Positions 1 through 10,752 are shown, numbered from the stretch's first letter. The stretch: DNA of 56,360 nt from an uncultured Clostridia bacterium (GCA_944386605.1 CALXBS010000005.1:1-56360); one strand, 5' to 3'. The notes: generated by a model not told the origin, from the sequence alone. Numbers and translations are program-made.

Positions 1-2516
1 ATAGTTTAGGAAATGAAATTACATATAGTGTAGATGAGAAAGAAGATTTAAAATTCTATACCAAAGGAATTGTAGGAAATGTGATTACCAATACTTTTAC
101 AGTACCAGATGAAAAAGTAAGTATTACTGGGGTAAAGAGCTGGAACGATAATAATAACGCAGCCGGAAAAAGACCAGCAAGTATCGTATTACAAGTAAAA
201 AATGGAACACAGGTAGTAGCTAGTCAAACGGTAACAGAAGCTATGAATTGGAGATATACATTTGAAGGCTTAACAAAATATGATAGTTTAGGAAATGAAA
301 TTCATTATACAATCGATGAAGAAAGCACCAATAGTATTTTCTACAAAAAGGAAAATACAAGTGATACGGTGGTAACCAATATCTTTGAGGTACCAAATGA
401 TACCGTTGAAGTTCAAGCATGCAAAGCTTGGGTTGATAATTCCAATGCAGCAGGAAAAAGACCAACTAGTATCGTATTGCAAGTAAAAGATGGAAATAAA
501 GTAGTAGCAGAACAAGAAGTAAATAATGGTGATAATTGGAGCTATACATTTACAAATTTACCAAAATATGATAGCTTAGGAAACGAAATTTTGTATACCG
601 TAGATGAAAAAGAAGTACCAGAATTTTATACCAAAACAGTAGCAGGTTATGTAGTAACCAATACTTTTGAAGTTCCTGGAGAAACTGTAAGTATTACAGG
701 AGAAAAGAAATGGAATGATAATAATAATGCAGCAGGAAAAAGACCAGCAAGTGTGACATTACAAGTAAAAAATGGAACAGAAATAGTAGCAACACAAACT
801 GTAACAGAAACTAATAATTGGAAATATACCTTTACAAATTTACCAAAATATGATGAAAATGCAGATGAAATTCATTATACAATTGATGAAGAAAGCACCA
901 ATAGTATCTTCTATCAAAAAGAAAATACAAGTGATACGGTAGTAACTAATACTTTTGCAGTACCAAATGATACAATCGAGCTAGAGGCAAAGAAACAATG
1001 GGTAGGAGATGATGGTGCAAATAAACGTCCAACAAGCATTGTGTTACAAGTAAAAAACGGAGAAGCAGTGGTTGCTGAACAAGAAGTAACAGAAAAAACA
1101 AATTGGAGTCATACCTTTACAAATCTACCAAAATATGACAGCTTAGGAAACGAGATTTTGTATACGGTAGATGAAAAAGAAATACCTGACTTTTATGCAA
1201 AAACAATACTTGGAAACGTGGTAACCAATACCTTTACTGTACCAGACGATAAAATAAAAATTGTAGGTCAAAAAGAATGGCAAGATAATGAAGATGAGGC
1301 AGGAAAAAGACCAGAAAGCGTTATGTTACAAGTAAAAGCAAATGGAGCGGTAGTAACAGAAGCCGAAGTAAATGAGAATAACTTATGGAGATATGAATTT
1401 GAATTACCAAAATATGATAGTTTAGGAAATGAAATTACTTATACAATAGATGAAAGAGAATTAAATAATCAATTCTATCAAAAGATTGGTGTAGAAGAAA
1501 ATGTAGTGATTAATAAGTTTGTCGTACCAGATGAAAAAGTGCAGATAAAAGTACAAAAAAGCTGGGATGATAATGAAAACGCAGCAGGAAGAAGACCAAG
1601 TAGCATTCTATTACAAGTAAAAAATGGAGATCAAGTTGTAGCAGAATATGAGGTAAGTGAAGCGGATAATTGGGAGCATACATTTGAACTTGCAAAATAT
1701 GACAGCTTAGGAAATGAGATAAATTATACCGTAGATGAAACATTTGAAAGTGAATATTATATTAAAAATATTGTAGGAAATGTCATTACTAATACATTTG
1801 TAGCACCAGAAGACATCATTACAATAGTAGGAACAAAAGAATGGAATGATAATGATAATTTGGCAGGAAAGAGGCCAGAAAGTGTGATATTACAAATTAA
1901 AAATGGAGAAACTGTTGTAGCAGAGCAAGTTGTAAATGAAGCTTGTAATTGGAGTTATTCATTTGATCTTGAAAAATATGATGAACTTGGAAATGAAATA
2001 AACTATACCTTATCTGAAAGAGCATTAGATAGTATTTTCTATGAAAAAGAAATGGTAGATGATACAGATATGCTAAATCAGAAAGTAGTTAATAAATTTG
2101 TAGTACCAAATGAACAAGTATTAATTCAAGCAGTGAAAAAATGGGAAGATAACAATGATGAATATGGTAAACGACCAGATAGTGTTGTATTACAAGTTTT
2201 AGTTGATGGTGAAGTAATAGCAGAACAAGAAGTAGGAGAAGAAGAAAATTGGAGCTATGAATTTAAATTACCAAAATATGATGAATTGGGTAATGAAATT
2301 GTTTATACTGTGGATGAAAAAGAAACGGATAGAAATTATGAAAAACATGTAGAAGGAACTACCGTTATTAATACTTCTATTTATGAACCACCAGTAGACA
2401 CATCTGATATTCCTGTTTGGGTATATTTTGTAGCATTCTTAATTACTATTTGTGGTTTTGTATTATCCATTAGGTATGTTAGAAAAAATAATGTTGCTCA
2501 AAAGTCAAGAAGATAA
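1..2516 (+). CDS. Cna B-type repeat surface protein (5'-partial, begins upstream of the window), probably sortase-anchored
   Basis: The frame is open from base 3 (SLGNEITYSVDE...). It has eight complete ~95-aa repeats with K-x-W-x-D, RP.SV.LQ, W.YTF..LPKYD..G.EI.YTVDE and a terminal VTN. The C-terminus is PPVDTSD + hydrophobic helix + basic tail (RYVRK...KSRR). Confidence 0.9.
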   Translation, partial: SLGNEITYSVDEKEDLKFYTKGIVGNVITNTFTVPDEKVSITGVKSWNDNNNAAGKRPASIVLQVKNGTQVVASQTVTEAMNWRYTFEGLTKYDSLGNEIHYTIDEESTNSIFYKKENTSDTVVTNIFEVPNDTVEVQACKAWVDNSNAAGKRPTSIVLQVKDGNKVVAEQEVNNGDNWSYTFTNLPKYDSLGNEILYTVDEKEVPEFYTKTVAGYVVTNTFEVPGETVSITGEKKWNDNNNAAGKRPASVTLQVKNGTEIVATQTVTETNNWKYTFTNLPKYDENADEIHYTIDEESTNSIFYQKENTSDTVVTNTFAVPNDTIELEAKKQWVGDDGANKRPTSIVLQVKNGEAVVAEQEVTEKTNWSHTFTNLPKYDSLGNEILYTVDEKEIPDFYAKTILGNVVTNTFTVPDDKIKIVGQKEWQDNEDEAGKRPESVMLQVKANGAVVTEAEVNENNLWRYEFELPKYDSLGNEITYTIDERELNNQFYQKIGVEENVVINKFVVPDEKVQIKVQKSWDDNENAAGRRPSSILLQVKNGDQVVAEYEVSEADNWEHTFELAKYDSLGNEINYTVDETFESEYYIKNIVGNVITNTFVAPEDIITIVGTKEWNDNDNLAGKRPESVILQIKNGETVVAEQVVNEACNWSYSFDLEKYDELGNEINYTLSERALDSIFYEKEMVDDTDMLNQKVVNKFVVPNEQVLIQAVKKWEDNNDEYGKRPDSVVLQVLVDGEVIAEQEVGEEENWSYEFKLPKYDELGNEIVYTVDEKETDRNYEKHVEGTTVINTSIYEPPVDTSDIPVWVYFVAFLITICGFVLSIRYVRKNNVAQKSRR

Positions 2517-2534
2517 TCAGAAAGAAAAATAAAA

Positions 2535-2567
2535 AATACTGGGTAGTTTAACTACCTGGTATTTTTT
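2535..2567 (+). terminator. Rho-independent terminator
   Basis: Hairpin ATACTGGGTAGTT-T-AACTACCTGGTAT followed by a T-run just after the Cna-B stop. Confidence 0.7.
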
Positions 2568-2649
2568 AATAGAAAGAATGTGGTTTTGTATATACTTTTC
2601 TAAAAAAGAATGCTATAATTACATAGAAAGAAAATATATGGAGGCAAAA

Positions 2650-3207
2650 ATGGAAGATTTAGAAAAAATAATAGAGGCAATTTTATTTGCTTTAGGAAGA
2701 GAAATTAGTGTAGAAGAAATTGCTACAACACTTGAAATAGAAGAAAAATATATAGAAGAAGCTATGCAAAAATTAAGTCAAAGATATTCACAAGAAACAG
2801 CCATTACGTTGGTAAAAGTAAATGGAATGTATCAGCTTGTTACTAATGCAAAATATTATGATCAAGTAAGTAAGTTTGTAGAAAATACTAAGAGGAAAAA
2901 TTTATCTTCTTCTGCACAAGAGACATTAAGTATTATTGCATATAATCCAAAAATTACCAAAAGTGAGATTGAAGCGATTCGTGGAGTAAATAGTGATTTT
3001 GCAGTTAATCGTTTATTAGAATGTGGGTTAATTGAAGAAGTAGCACGACTTAATTTGCCAGGTAGACCAGCTGCTTATTCCGTTACCAATGAATTCTTGA
3101 AATGTTGTGGAATTCATGAGTTAAATGAACTTCCAGAGTTTGATAAAATTCATATCAAGGACGAGCAGTTATTAGTAAGTAATTATGAAAAAAAAGAAGG
3201 AAGGTAA
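2650..3207 (+). CDS. scpB: SMC-Scp complex subunit ScpB
   Basis: IIEAILFA, LS.SAQETLSIIAY..P.T..EIE.IRGV and PGRP..Y..T.EFL motifs. Start moved to ATG 2650, behind GGAGG. Confidence 0.92.
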   Translation: MEDLEKIIEAILFALGREISVEEIATTLEIEEKYIEEAMQKLSQRYSQETAITLVKVNGMYQLVTNAKYYDQVSKFVENTKRKNLSSSAQETLSIIAYNPKITKSEIEAIRGVNSDFAVNRLLECGLIEEVARLNLPGRPAAYSVTNEFLKCCGIHELNELPEFDKIHIKDEQLLVSNYEKKEGR

Positions 3208-3210
3208 TAT

Positions 3211-6200
3211 ATGGATATTATACTTGGAAAAGCAAAAACAGGTAAGAGTACACATATTTATCACTTGATAGAACAAGATATTCAAGAAAAAAAGAGGGTA
3301 GTTTTATTCGTACCCTCTCAAGTGCGTGTCAAAACTGAAAATGAATATATGAATTTTTTAAAAAAAGATGGCATTATGGGGGTAAATATTACCACCATTT
3401 CAGAATATATTAGTGAAAGTTTGAAAAAGTATCGCCTTCATTTTAATGAAAACTATATTACAAAATTAGACAGAAAAGTATTGCTAACAAAAGTCATTCA
3501 TGAAAATGAAGATATGTTAAAAACGTTTGGAAAAGTAAAAAATTATCATGGATTTTTAGACATGATAAATATGTATATCGATATTTTTAGAAAAGAAAAC
3601 TTAGAAATATCCGAGGTTAGAAAGGTAAAAATACCAGATCCTTTATTAGACAAGAAAATGACAGAGATGACGAATATTTATGAAAAATATGTAGAAGATT
3701 TAGAAGATAGGTTTGTCGATTATGTGGATGAAATAGATCTTTTCTTTCAAGAAGTATTAGAAAAAGAAGTAGGTAATGATTTAAAAATATATTTTGATGG
3801 ATATAACAACTTTACGGCTCATGAATATCGTTTTATAGAAGCATTTTTAAAAAGAAAAATTCCTGTAACAGTAGCTATTACAACTGATATTTCTCAAAAA
3901 GAAGATATTATTTCCTCTAGTGAAATTTTTAAAGTTGCAAATGACACTTATTTAACTCTTTTAAAACTTGTAAATAAAAATAAAGCTGAAGTAAATACCA
4001 TTGTAAAATATGAATGCTTTTCTAAGGCAAAGGAAGAGCTGGTATTTGTTGCAAATCATCTTTTTGATAAAAATATAGTTGAGGAGAAAAAAGATTTATC
4101 AAAGGTTATTCCAGTTCATATTGCTACCAACCCATATGAAGAAATAAAATATGTGGCAAGACAAATTTGTGATTTGGTAAAAAAAGGATATCGCTATCAA
4201 GATATAGTGATTTATACAACTCATATCGATGAATATGAAAAATTAATCAAAAAGATTTTTTATGGTTATCATTTAAACATTTATGCAAGTACCAAAAATT
4301 CCGTTCAGCATTCTATTTTGACAAAATATATTTTATCGTTATTTCAACTAATAGAACATTTTCAGAGCGATAATGTATTTCAAATTTTAAAATTGGGACT
4401 AAATGACATTTCCAAAGAAGAGATTCATTTACTGGAAAATTACCTTTTAGAATTTTATGGAGATAAGTATTATTTTAGAAAAGAATTGCATTTAAATAAT
4501 GCTAAGCAAGAATATGATCTTGTTTTACTAAATCAAATAAGAGAAAAAATAATAGCGATGTTTGAAGATTTTCTTTTTTTAGATAAAACTTATACGGTAA
4601 AGGAATTTGTAAAAATCGTATATGATCATCTTGTAAAAAATAAAGTTTTAGAACGCTATCAGGCTTTAATTGATAAAGAAAATCCATGGATAGATGTAGA
4701 AACAAGTGTATTTGAAGAGCAGATATGGGATCTAATTGTAGAGATTTTTAATACAATGGACAAAGTTTATCAGGATAAAAAAATGAAGGTATCTGAATTT
4801 ATAGAGATCTTTTTAATATTAGCAGAAAGCACTACTTTAAAAACCATTCCGCCTTCTTTAGATGAAATAGAACTTGCAGATATTAATGTTTCTAAACCTG
4901 GAATGAAAAAAATTGCTTTCTTTATTGGTGTAAATGAAAATAGTTTTCCGAAAAAAGTAGAGCAAGATGCATTATTAACCGATAAAGAATTAGAAGAGTT
5001 AGAAGAAATAGGATTAGATTTAAAAGAAACCAGTCTTTCTAAAATTAACATGGGATTTTATAACATTTATGAAGCAATTAGTAATGTAGAAGAAAGACTA
5101 TACATCACCATTCCAGCTGCCGATTTAGCTGGAAAAGCTACAAGAATTTCTAGCTTTATTGAAAGTTTAAAAAGAATTGGAGATATCAAAATATTAGGAG
5201 AAGTCAGTCAGGGAATAGAAGAAACTCTTCCTCTTGATCAAATTTTTTCTCAAGAAGAACTGTTTGATCAGTGGATGAAAGCATTAAATCAAATGGAGAA
5301 TATAGAAGAACTAGATTCCAATTCTTTAATAGAACTTACGAGTTTATATGAATATTTTTTAGGAAATGAAAATTATCAAGAAATGTTAGCATTTCAAAAA
5401 GAAGATGAAAATTTAAGTAATGAAACGCTAGATATGTTATATCAAGAGAAAATGAATGTAAGTGTTTCAAGGTTAGAACAATTTCAAAAATGCCCATTTT
5501 CGTATTATATGCAGTATACTTTAAAAATAGCTCCAAGACAGGAAGTTCATTTTAATGCAATGGATCTTGGAAGTTTTATGCATGGCGTATTAGAAGACTT
5601 TTCTAAGTATTTATTTAGTAAGCAAATTCCATGGAATGAAATTATTCAAGAGAATACATTAAAAAAAGAATATGAAAATGTAATTTATGAATTAATTGAA
5701 TTAGAATTGGATAAGAGTTTAAAAAAGCAAAAAGAGACAGTAAAGTATGGTATTTTAAAACAAAAGTTGATTCATACCATGAAGAAAGTAATGGAACTCA
5801 TTGCTAAGAGTTTTTGCCAAAGTGATTTTTTACCATATGGCTATGAAATAGAATTTAAAGAGGGAGAATGGATTGCACCTATTCAAATAGAAGCGGAAAA
5901 TGGTAAAAAGATTATTTTAAATGGAAAAATAGACCGAATTGATACTTTAGAATTAGAAGATAAAATATTTGTCCGTGTGGTGGATTATAAATCAAGTGGA
6001 AGAACCTTAGAAATTGATAAAATAAAAGAAGGGCTTTCTTTGCAGCTAATTAGCTATTTAAATGTTTTTATGGAATCCTTAAAGAAAAAGACACAAAAAA
6101 AAGTAATTCCTGCTGCAATGCTATATTTTAACTTATCCGATAAGTTGGTGGGACTTGCAGAATACACAGAAAATTCTGTAGAAATTGAAAAGAAAATTAT

Positions 6201-6501
6201 AGAAGCTTTGCGTATGAAGGGAATTTATTTAAAGGATGTAGAGATATTAAATAAAATGGATCATGAGTTTAGTGAAGGAAATAAAAGATTAATTGATATT
6301 TCTACAAGATCTATGAATAATCAAAAGAAGGCTTTGGAAGAAGAAGAATTTGGAGCACTATGTAAAGAGGCAAATGATTTATTAAAAAAGATTGGGCAGG
6401 AAATGTTACAAGGAATTGTAAAAGTTTCTCCTAATAAAAAAGCAGATTATTGTCAGTATTGTCCATATTCTAGTGTATGCAGAAAAGATATTACATTATA
6501 G
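3211..6501 (+). CDS. addB: ATP-dependent helicase/nuclease subunit B (AddB/RexB)
   Basis: N-terminal G.AKTGKS. C-terminal RecB-like nuclease (SVSRLE.F..CPF, GKIDRID, VVDYKS, LQL..Y) with Fe-S cysteines CQYCPYSSVC. Confidence 0.88.
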   Translation: MDIILGKAKTGKSTHIYHLIEQDIQEKKRVVLFVPSQVRVKTENEYMNFLKKDGIMGVNITTISEYISESLKKYRLHFNENYITKLDRKVLLTKVIHENEDMLKTFGKVKNYHGFLDMINMYIDIFRKENLEISEVRKVKIPDPLLDKKMTEMTNIYEKYVEDLEDRFVDYVDEIDLFFQEVLEKEVGNDLKIYFDGYNNFTAHEYRFIEAFLKRKIPVTVAITTDISQKEDIISSSEIFKVANDTYLTLLKLVNKNKAEVNTIVKYECFSKAKEELVFVANHLFDKNIVEEKKDLSKVIPVHIATNPYEEIKYVARQICDLVKKGYRYQDIVIYTTHIDEYEKLIKKIFYGYHLNIYASTKNSVQHSILTKYILSLFQLIEHFQSDNVFQILKLGLNDISKEEIHLLENYLLEFYGDKYYFRKELHLNNAKQEYDLVLLNQIREKIIAMFEDFLFLDKTYTVKEFVKIVYDHLVKNKVLERYQALIDKENPWIDVETSVFEEQIWDLIVEIFNTMDKVYQDKKMKVSEFIEIFLILAESTTLKTIPPSLDEIELADINVSKPGMKKIAFFIGVNENSFPKKVEQDALLTDKELEELEEIGLDLKETSLSKINMGFYNIYEAISNVEERLYITIPAADLAGKATRISSFIESLKRIGDIKILGEVSQGIEETLPLDQIFSQEELFDQWMKALNQMENIEELDSNSLIELTSLYEYFLGNENYQEMLAFQKEDENLSNETLDMLYQEKMNVSVSRLEQFQKCPFSYYMQYTLKIAPRQEVHFNAMDLGSFMHGVLEDFSKYLFSKQIPWNEIIQENTLKKEYENVIYELIELELDKSLKKQKETVKYGILKQKLIHTMKKVMELIAKSFCQSDFLPYGYEIEFKEGEWIAPIQIEAENGKKIILNGKIDRIDTLELEDKIFVRVVDYKSSGRTLEIDKIKEGLSLQLISYLNVFMESLKKKTQKKVIPAAMLYFNLSDKLVGLAEYTENSVEIEKKIIEALRMKGIYLKDVEILNKMDHEFSEGNKRLIDISTRSMNNQKKALEEEEFGALCKEANDLLKKIGQEMLQGIVKVSPNKKADYCQYCPYSSVCRKDITL

Positions 6502-6670
6502 TGAAAAGAGTTTGTCATATTTTTGTAAAAAATTCTTCCGAAATACTTGAAATTATATAAAAACACGATATAATATAAGTGTATATTTGTAAGTAAATGT
6601 CACTTATATTTTTTATGTAAAAATCAAGCAAATTTGTTTATCATAAATTAAGAGGAGAGGATTGGAATAT

Positions 6671-7939
6671 ATGGCAGATATCGTTGTTAGTTCTAAAAAG
6701 AAGATAAATCTTTTTGATAGAGTGATACAAAGTGTAATTATATTAGTAAATATGAACAAAATGAATAGAGCAATAGATGAACATTTAGCTGTGATTCGAA
6801 AAACAGAAGAAGAAGATAAAAAAGTAGATCAAGAAAATATTTTAAGAGAAATTGTTTTTGTAAAATATCAATATGATATTATGCAAAGAGAAATGTATGA
6901 ATTAAAGTTATCTTATCCTGCAGAAATTACAGATAAAATTAATTCTACTGTAAAAACAGATCGATTAGAATTACAAAAAGCTTTTTTAGAAATGGAATAT
7001 GATCGAATTACCAAAGCAAAATTTAAATCAAAAGAAGATATTAAATTTAATTTACTTACCATTTCATCTGCAATAGAAGCCGTAAAACAAGATATTAAGG
7101 ATGAAGGAAAAGCACAAAGATATAATAAAGTTATTAAGCTTGCAGAAGATATTGATGTTAAAATTCAAACAGAAGAGTATACAGAAGAACAATATAAAGA
7201 ACTATTTGAGGCAATTGATGAATATGTAGGGTATATCAATGATAATTATGATATTTCAAAATTACCTACAGATGAAAGAGAATTAATCGAATATGTGATT
7301 GAAACCATGATTAAAGGAATTGAATCAGACATTGATAGACACATGTATGAGTATAATTTAATCATTAATATAGCTAAAAATGCTTATCGCTATTTTAAAG
7401 TAATTGATAAAATCTTTTTAAAATTACAAAAAATCTATGATGAAAGCTTTAGTAAAGAGATTATGGATTTAAAAGATTATATTAAATTATTTGGTGAAGT
7501 CTATGATATGATGATTAAAACCAAAGTAAATGATGTGCATAGAACGATTAAAACAGAGGATGAATATTTAGAATATTCTAAATTACTTGCAAATGCAGAG
7601 GAAGAAGAAGTAAATAAATTTTTGTATGAAAGAGCATTAGAGACAACAGAAATAGAAAAAGTAAAAAAATTATTAAATCAAGCATTAGGAAATGAGGTAG
7701 AAGAAGAGGAAGTAGAGCAGGAAGCAGAAGATGCGATTGATGTAGAAGCAATTAAAATAGAAGAGGTTAAAGTTGAAAAAGTAAAAGAAACAAGGGAAGA
7801 GAAAAAGGCAAGGAAAGCAAAAGAAAAAGAAGAAAAGAAAGCTAAGAGAAAAGTAGGAAGACCTAGAAAAGAGGAAAAAATAGAAGAAGTAAAAGTAAAA
7901 AGAAGGGTAGGTAGACCTAGAAAAGAAGAAAAAGTTTAA
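6671..7939 (+). CDS. Hypothetical helical protein with an acidic linker and two C-terminal AT-hook (GRP) motifs
   Basis: Long ORF with RBS AGGAGAGG (TTG 6662 is an alternative start). C-terminus has an EVEEEEVEQEAED acidic tract, a K/E-rich tract, RKVGRPRK and RRVGRPRK. Confidence 0.75.
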   Translation: MADIVVSSKKKINLFDRVIQSVIILVNMNKMNRAIDEHLAVIRKTEEEDKKVDQENILREIVFVKYQYDIMQREMYELKLSYPAEITDKINSTVKTDRLELQKAFLEMEYDRITKAKFKSKEDIKFNLLTISSAIEAVKQDIKDEGKAQRYNKVIKLAEDIDVKIQTEEYTEEQYKELFEAIDEYVGYINDNYDISKLPTDERELIEYVIETMIKGIESDIDRHMYEYNLIINIAKNAYRYFKVIDKIFLKLQKIYDESFSKEIMDLKDYIKLFGEVYDMMIKTKVNDVHRTIKTEDEYLEYSKLLANAEEEEVNKFLYERALETTEIEKVKKLLNQALGNEVEEEEVEQEAEDAIDVEAIKIEEVKVEKVKETREEKKARKAKEKEEKKAKRKVGRPRKEEKIEEVKVKRRVGRPRKEEKV

Positions 7940-7949
7940 AAATTCTTTG

Positions 7950-7996
7950 AAAATACACTAATACAGCCTAAAACTTGACTGAATTAGTGTATTTTT
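7950..7996 (+). terminator. Rho-independent terminator
   Basis: Inverted repeat AAAATACACTAAT...ATTAGTGTATTTT ending in a T-run. Confidence 0.65.
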
Positions 7997-8071
7997 CTAA
8001 GTATTAAAAAATGACAAAATTATATGTTTATTCTGTGGTAAAATACAAAGTAATAGAAGAGGTGTATATAT

Positions 8072-10423
8072 ATGATTTATAACAAATATTTAGATGAAGA
8101 AACAGATGAAAAAATTTCATCCCTATTAACTGGAATTAGAAGAATTGTGAATTTAAAAAATACAATTTTTGTTATGATTTCGCTTATTTTAGCGTCACAA
8201 AATTTTATTAGTGATTTCTTACCATTTGGTTTTGTATTATTAGCACTAGGAAGCGTTTTTAATGTACCACTGATTTTAATATTAATTTCTAGCACAATCG
8301 GTATGGTAATTAACTCTGTAGCGTCTACTAATTTATTTATGTTGCTGGGATTTTTTGTTATTTTTTCACTCATTACTGCTTTAATTAATATAGAAGGAAT
8401 TAGTAAAAAATATAGTGTCTTAATTAAATTTGTCATTTCACTTGCAGTGGTTTTGTTACTTACCAATTTTATAAAAGGACAATTTTTCATAGCATTAATT
8501 CCCTCTGTTAGTAACCTCATCATTTCTATTATCTTGTATTTTGTATTTGTAGCTGGACTTTCTGTTTTGATTCACTTGGGGAAAGGATATGTTTATTCTA
8601 CAGAAGAAAGTGTTGCTATGATAGCCGTCATTGCATTTGGGCTAACGATATTTAAAAATGTAAACTTTGTTGGATTTTCATTATTAGATATTTTACTTAT
8701 GATATTAATTTTAATTTATGGATGGAGAAATGGAGCCATTCTTGGAGCTACCGCAGGACTTATAATAGGACTTTTGATGACGGGGATGACAACAGTTTCT
8801 ATGAGCTTTATTGTTATTCTTGGATTTAGTGGTTTTATTGCAGGAATTTTAAAAAAAGTCGGAAAAGTAGGAGTGGTCGTAGGGTTTGTCATTGGAAATT
8901 TGTACATTTCATTTTATGCAAATGGTTTTTCAGAAATGACGGTTATGATAAGCGAACTTTTGATTGCTTCGGTGAGTCTACTTTTTATGCCTAAGCCTTT
9001 GGAATTAAAATTAGATCAATTATTTAATCAAAATATGACACTTGAAAAGCCATATCATAATATATTAGATACCACCACAGACGCCAAAGAAAAAATTGGT
9101 GCAGTCTCAGAAGTATTTGATAATTTAGCAAGTATTACGCTTGAAAATACACCTGAGGATGCGAAAGAAACAAGAAAGGTATTAAAAAAGTATATTTTAA
9201 ATTATGTTGAAAATACTTGTATTGGATGTCCGAATAAAAAGGAATGTATTGAAAAAGAGAATTTAGATTTAACCATTGATTATTTGGCGACAAAATTAGA
9301 GTATAATGAGAAGATCGAAAAACGTATGTTAAAGTTTGATTGTGAGCATTCAGAAGAAATTATTGATAATATTTATGATGTCTTTAATAGTATGAAATTA
9401 ATGAAGATTATGAAGCAAAAAGAGGCGGAAAATACCAAGAAACTTTCAAAGCAGTATAAAGATTTGTCTAAGATACTAGCAAATATTGCTAAAAATATGG
9501 ATCAAAAAACAATGGTACAAGATAAATCACAAGAAAATCTTCGCAATGAATTAAAATTTTATGGATTTTGTGTCTATGAAGATGAATTTAAACGTGAGGG
9601 AAAAAATATAGAATATGTTTTTGTAACGGATATATTAACCGATATTGACGGGCAGAAAAAACAAATTGTAAAAATTGCTTCTGAAATTCTAGAGCAAAAA
9701 ATGACCATTAAATTAATTTTAAATAGTAGTAAGAATGAAAAATCAAAAATTAAGTTAGTATCTATACCTGATTTTTCTGTTCAAACTGGAATTGCTACGG
9801 GTACAAAAAGTGGTGAGACAATTTCAGGAGATTCTTACCTTACAATGGAATTACAAGATTTAAAACAAATGAGTGTCATTAGTGATGGTGCCGGTTCTGG
9901 AGAAGTTGCTGCAAAGGGATCCAGTACGGTCATTAATATGCTTGAAAAGTTATTGAGTGGAGGATTTACAGAAGAAAAGGCAATTGAAATCATCAATAGT
10001 ATTGTAAAATTAAAGGGAAATGATACCATCTTTTCAACATTAGATACCATGATTATTAACTTAAGAACAGCGGAGACGGAGTTTATAAAAGTGGGGGCTG
10101 CTCCAACCTATATTTTAGAAGATGGAAAAGTCATTACCATTCATAAAACGAATATTCCAATTGGAATTTTAAAAGATACCGATTATGTTCCTGTTTGCAA
10201 AACATTAAAGGATAAAGATTTTGTAATTCAAATCTCCGATGGGGTTATTCAGGATGAAGATGATTTTAATCATAATTATTTGACAGAATATTTACAAACA
10301 TTAGATAATAGTAAATCTGCAAAAATGGTAGCGGAAGAAATTTATCATTTGGTTTTAAGACAGATGAAAAATAATTTAAAAGATGATGTTACAATTTTAG
10401 TAACAAAAATACGAAAAGTATAA
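8072..10423 (+). CDS. spoIIE: Stage II sporulation protein E (membrane PP2C phosphatase)
   Basis: About ten N-terminal hydrophobic segments and a central CxxC-x5-C region. C-terminal PP2C domain with SGDSY, ISDGAGSG, STLD, KVGAAP, ISDGV and DDVTI motifs. Confidence 0.85.
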   Translation: MIYNKYLDEETDEKISSLLTGIRRIVNLKNTIFVMISLILASQNFISDFLPFGFVLLALGSVFNVPLILILISSTIGMVINSVASTNLFMLLGFFVIFSLITALINIEGISKKYSVLIKFVISLAVVLLLTNFIKGQFFIALIPSVSNLIISIILYFVFVAGLSVLIHLGKGYVYSTEESVAMIAVIAFGLTIFKNVNFVGFSLLDILLMILILIYGWRNGAILGATAGLIIGLLMTGMTTVSMSFIVILGFSGFIAGILKKVGKVGVVVGFVIGNLYISFYANGFSEMTVMISELLIASVSLLFMPKPLELKLDQLFNQNMTLEKPYHNILDTTTDAKEKIGAVSEVFDNLASITLENTPEDAKETRKVLKKYILNYVENTCIGCPNKKECIEKENLDLTIDYLATKLEYNEKIEKRMLKFDCEHSEEIIDNIYDVFNSMKLMKIMKQKEAENTKKLSKQYKDLSKILANIAKNMDQKTMVQDKSQENLRNELKFYGFCVYEDEFKREGKNIEYVFVTDILTDIDGQKKQIVKIASEILEQKMTIKLILNSSKNEKSKIKLVSIPDFSVQTGIATGTKSGETISGDSYLTMELQDLKQMSVISDGAGSGEVAAKGSSTVINMLEKLLSGGFTEEKAIEIINSIVKLKGNDTIFSTLDTMIINLRTAETEFIKVGAAPTYILEDGKVITIHKTNIPIGILKDTDYVPVCKTLKDKDFVIQISDGVIQDEDDFNHNYLTEYLQTLDNSKSAKMVAEEIYHLVLRQMKNNLKDDVTILVTKIRKV

Positions 10424-10476
10424 AGTATAAAGTAAGAATATAAAAAAGAAAATAAAAAAAGTAAAAAAATAAAAAG

Positions 10477-10512
10477 AAAAGGCATGGCTCATCTAGTAAA
10501 CCATGCCTTTTT
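10477..10512. terminator. Bidirectional terminator between spoIIE and the convergent small gene
   Basis: AAAAGGCATGG...CCATGCCTTTTT with an A-run before and a T-run after. Confidence 0.75.
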
Positions 10513-10518
10513 GCGATA

Positions 10519-10752
10519 CTACCAGTTACGTGGGAAAATGTCTTTTCTTTGGCTTAACAAATAGACAAAAATGATACCGAGCACTGTGCTAAGAATATGG
10601 AACCCTAAGAAGGAGCCTATCGTAAAAATGACGGCAATCACTAATTCTGCAAATCCAAAGTAACGACTAAGCCTTCTAAACCGATATTCCCGCGGTGCTA
10701 CCATTTTGATAATCCACTCTACCAGGATAATAAATAATAATAAACGAAGCAT
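10519..10752 (-). CDS. Small hypothetical membrane protein (77 aa)
   Basis: Strong RBS AAGGAGGG, its own consensus promoter and 2-3 hydrophobic segments. Confidence 0.7.
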   Translation of the reverse strand: MLRLLLFIILVEWIIKMVAPREYRFRRLSRYFGFAELVIAVIFTIGSFLGFHILSTVLGIIFVYLLSQRKDIFPRNW

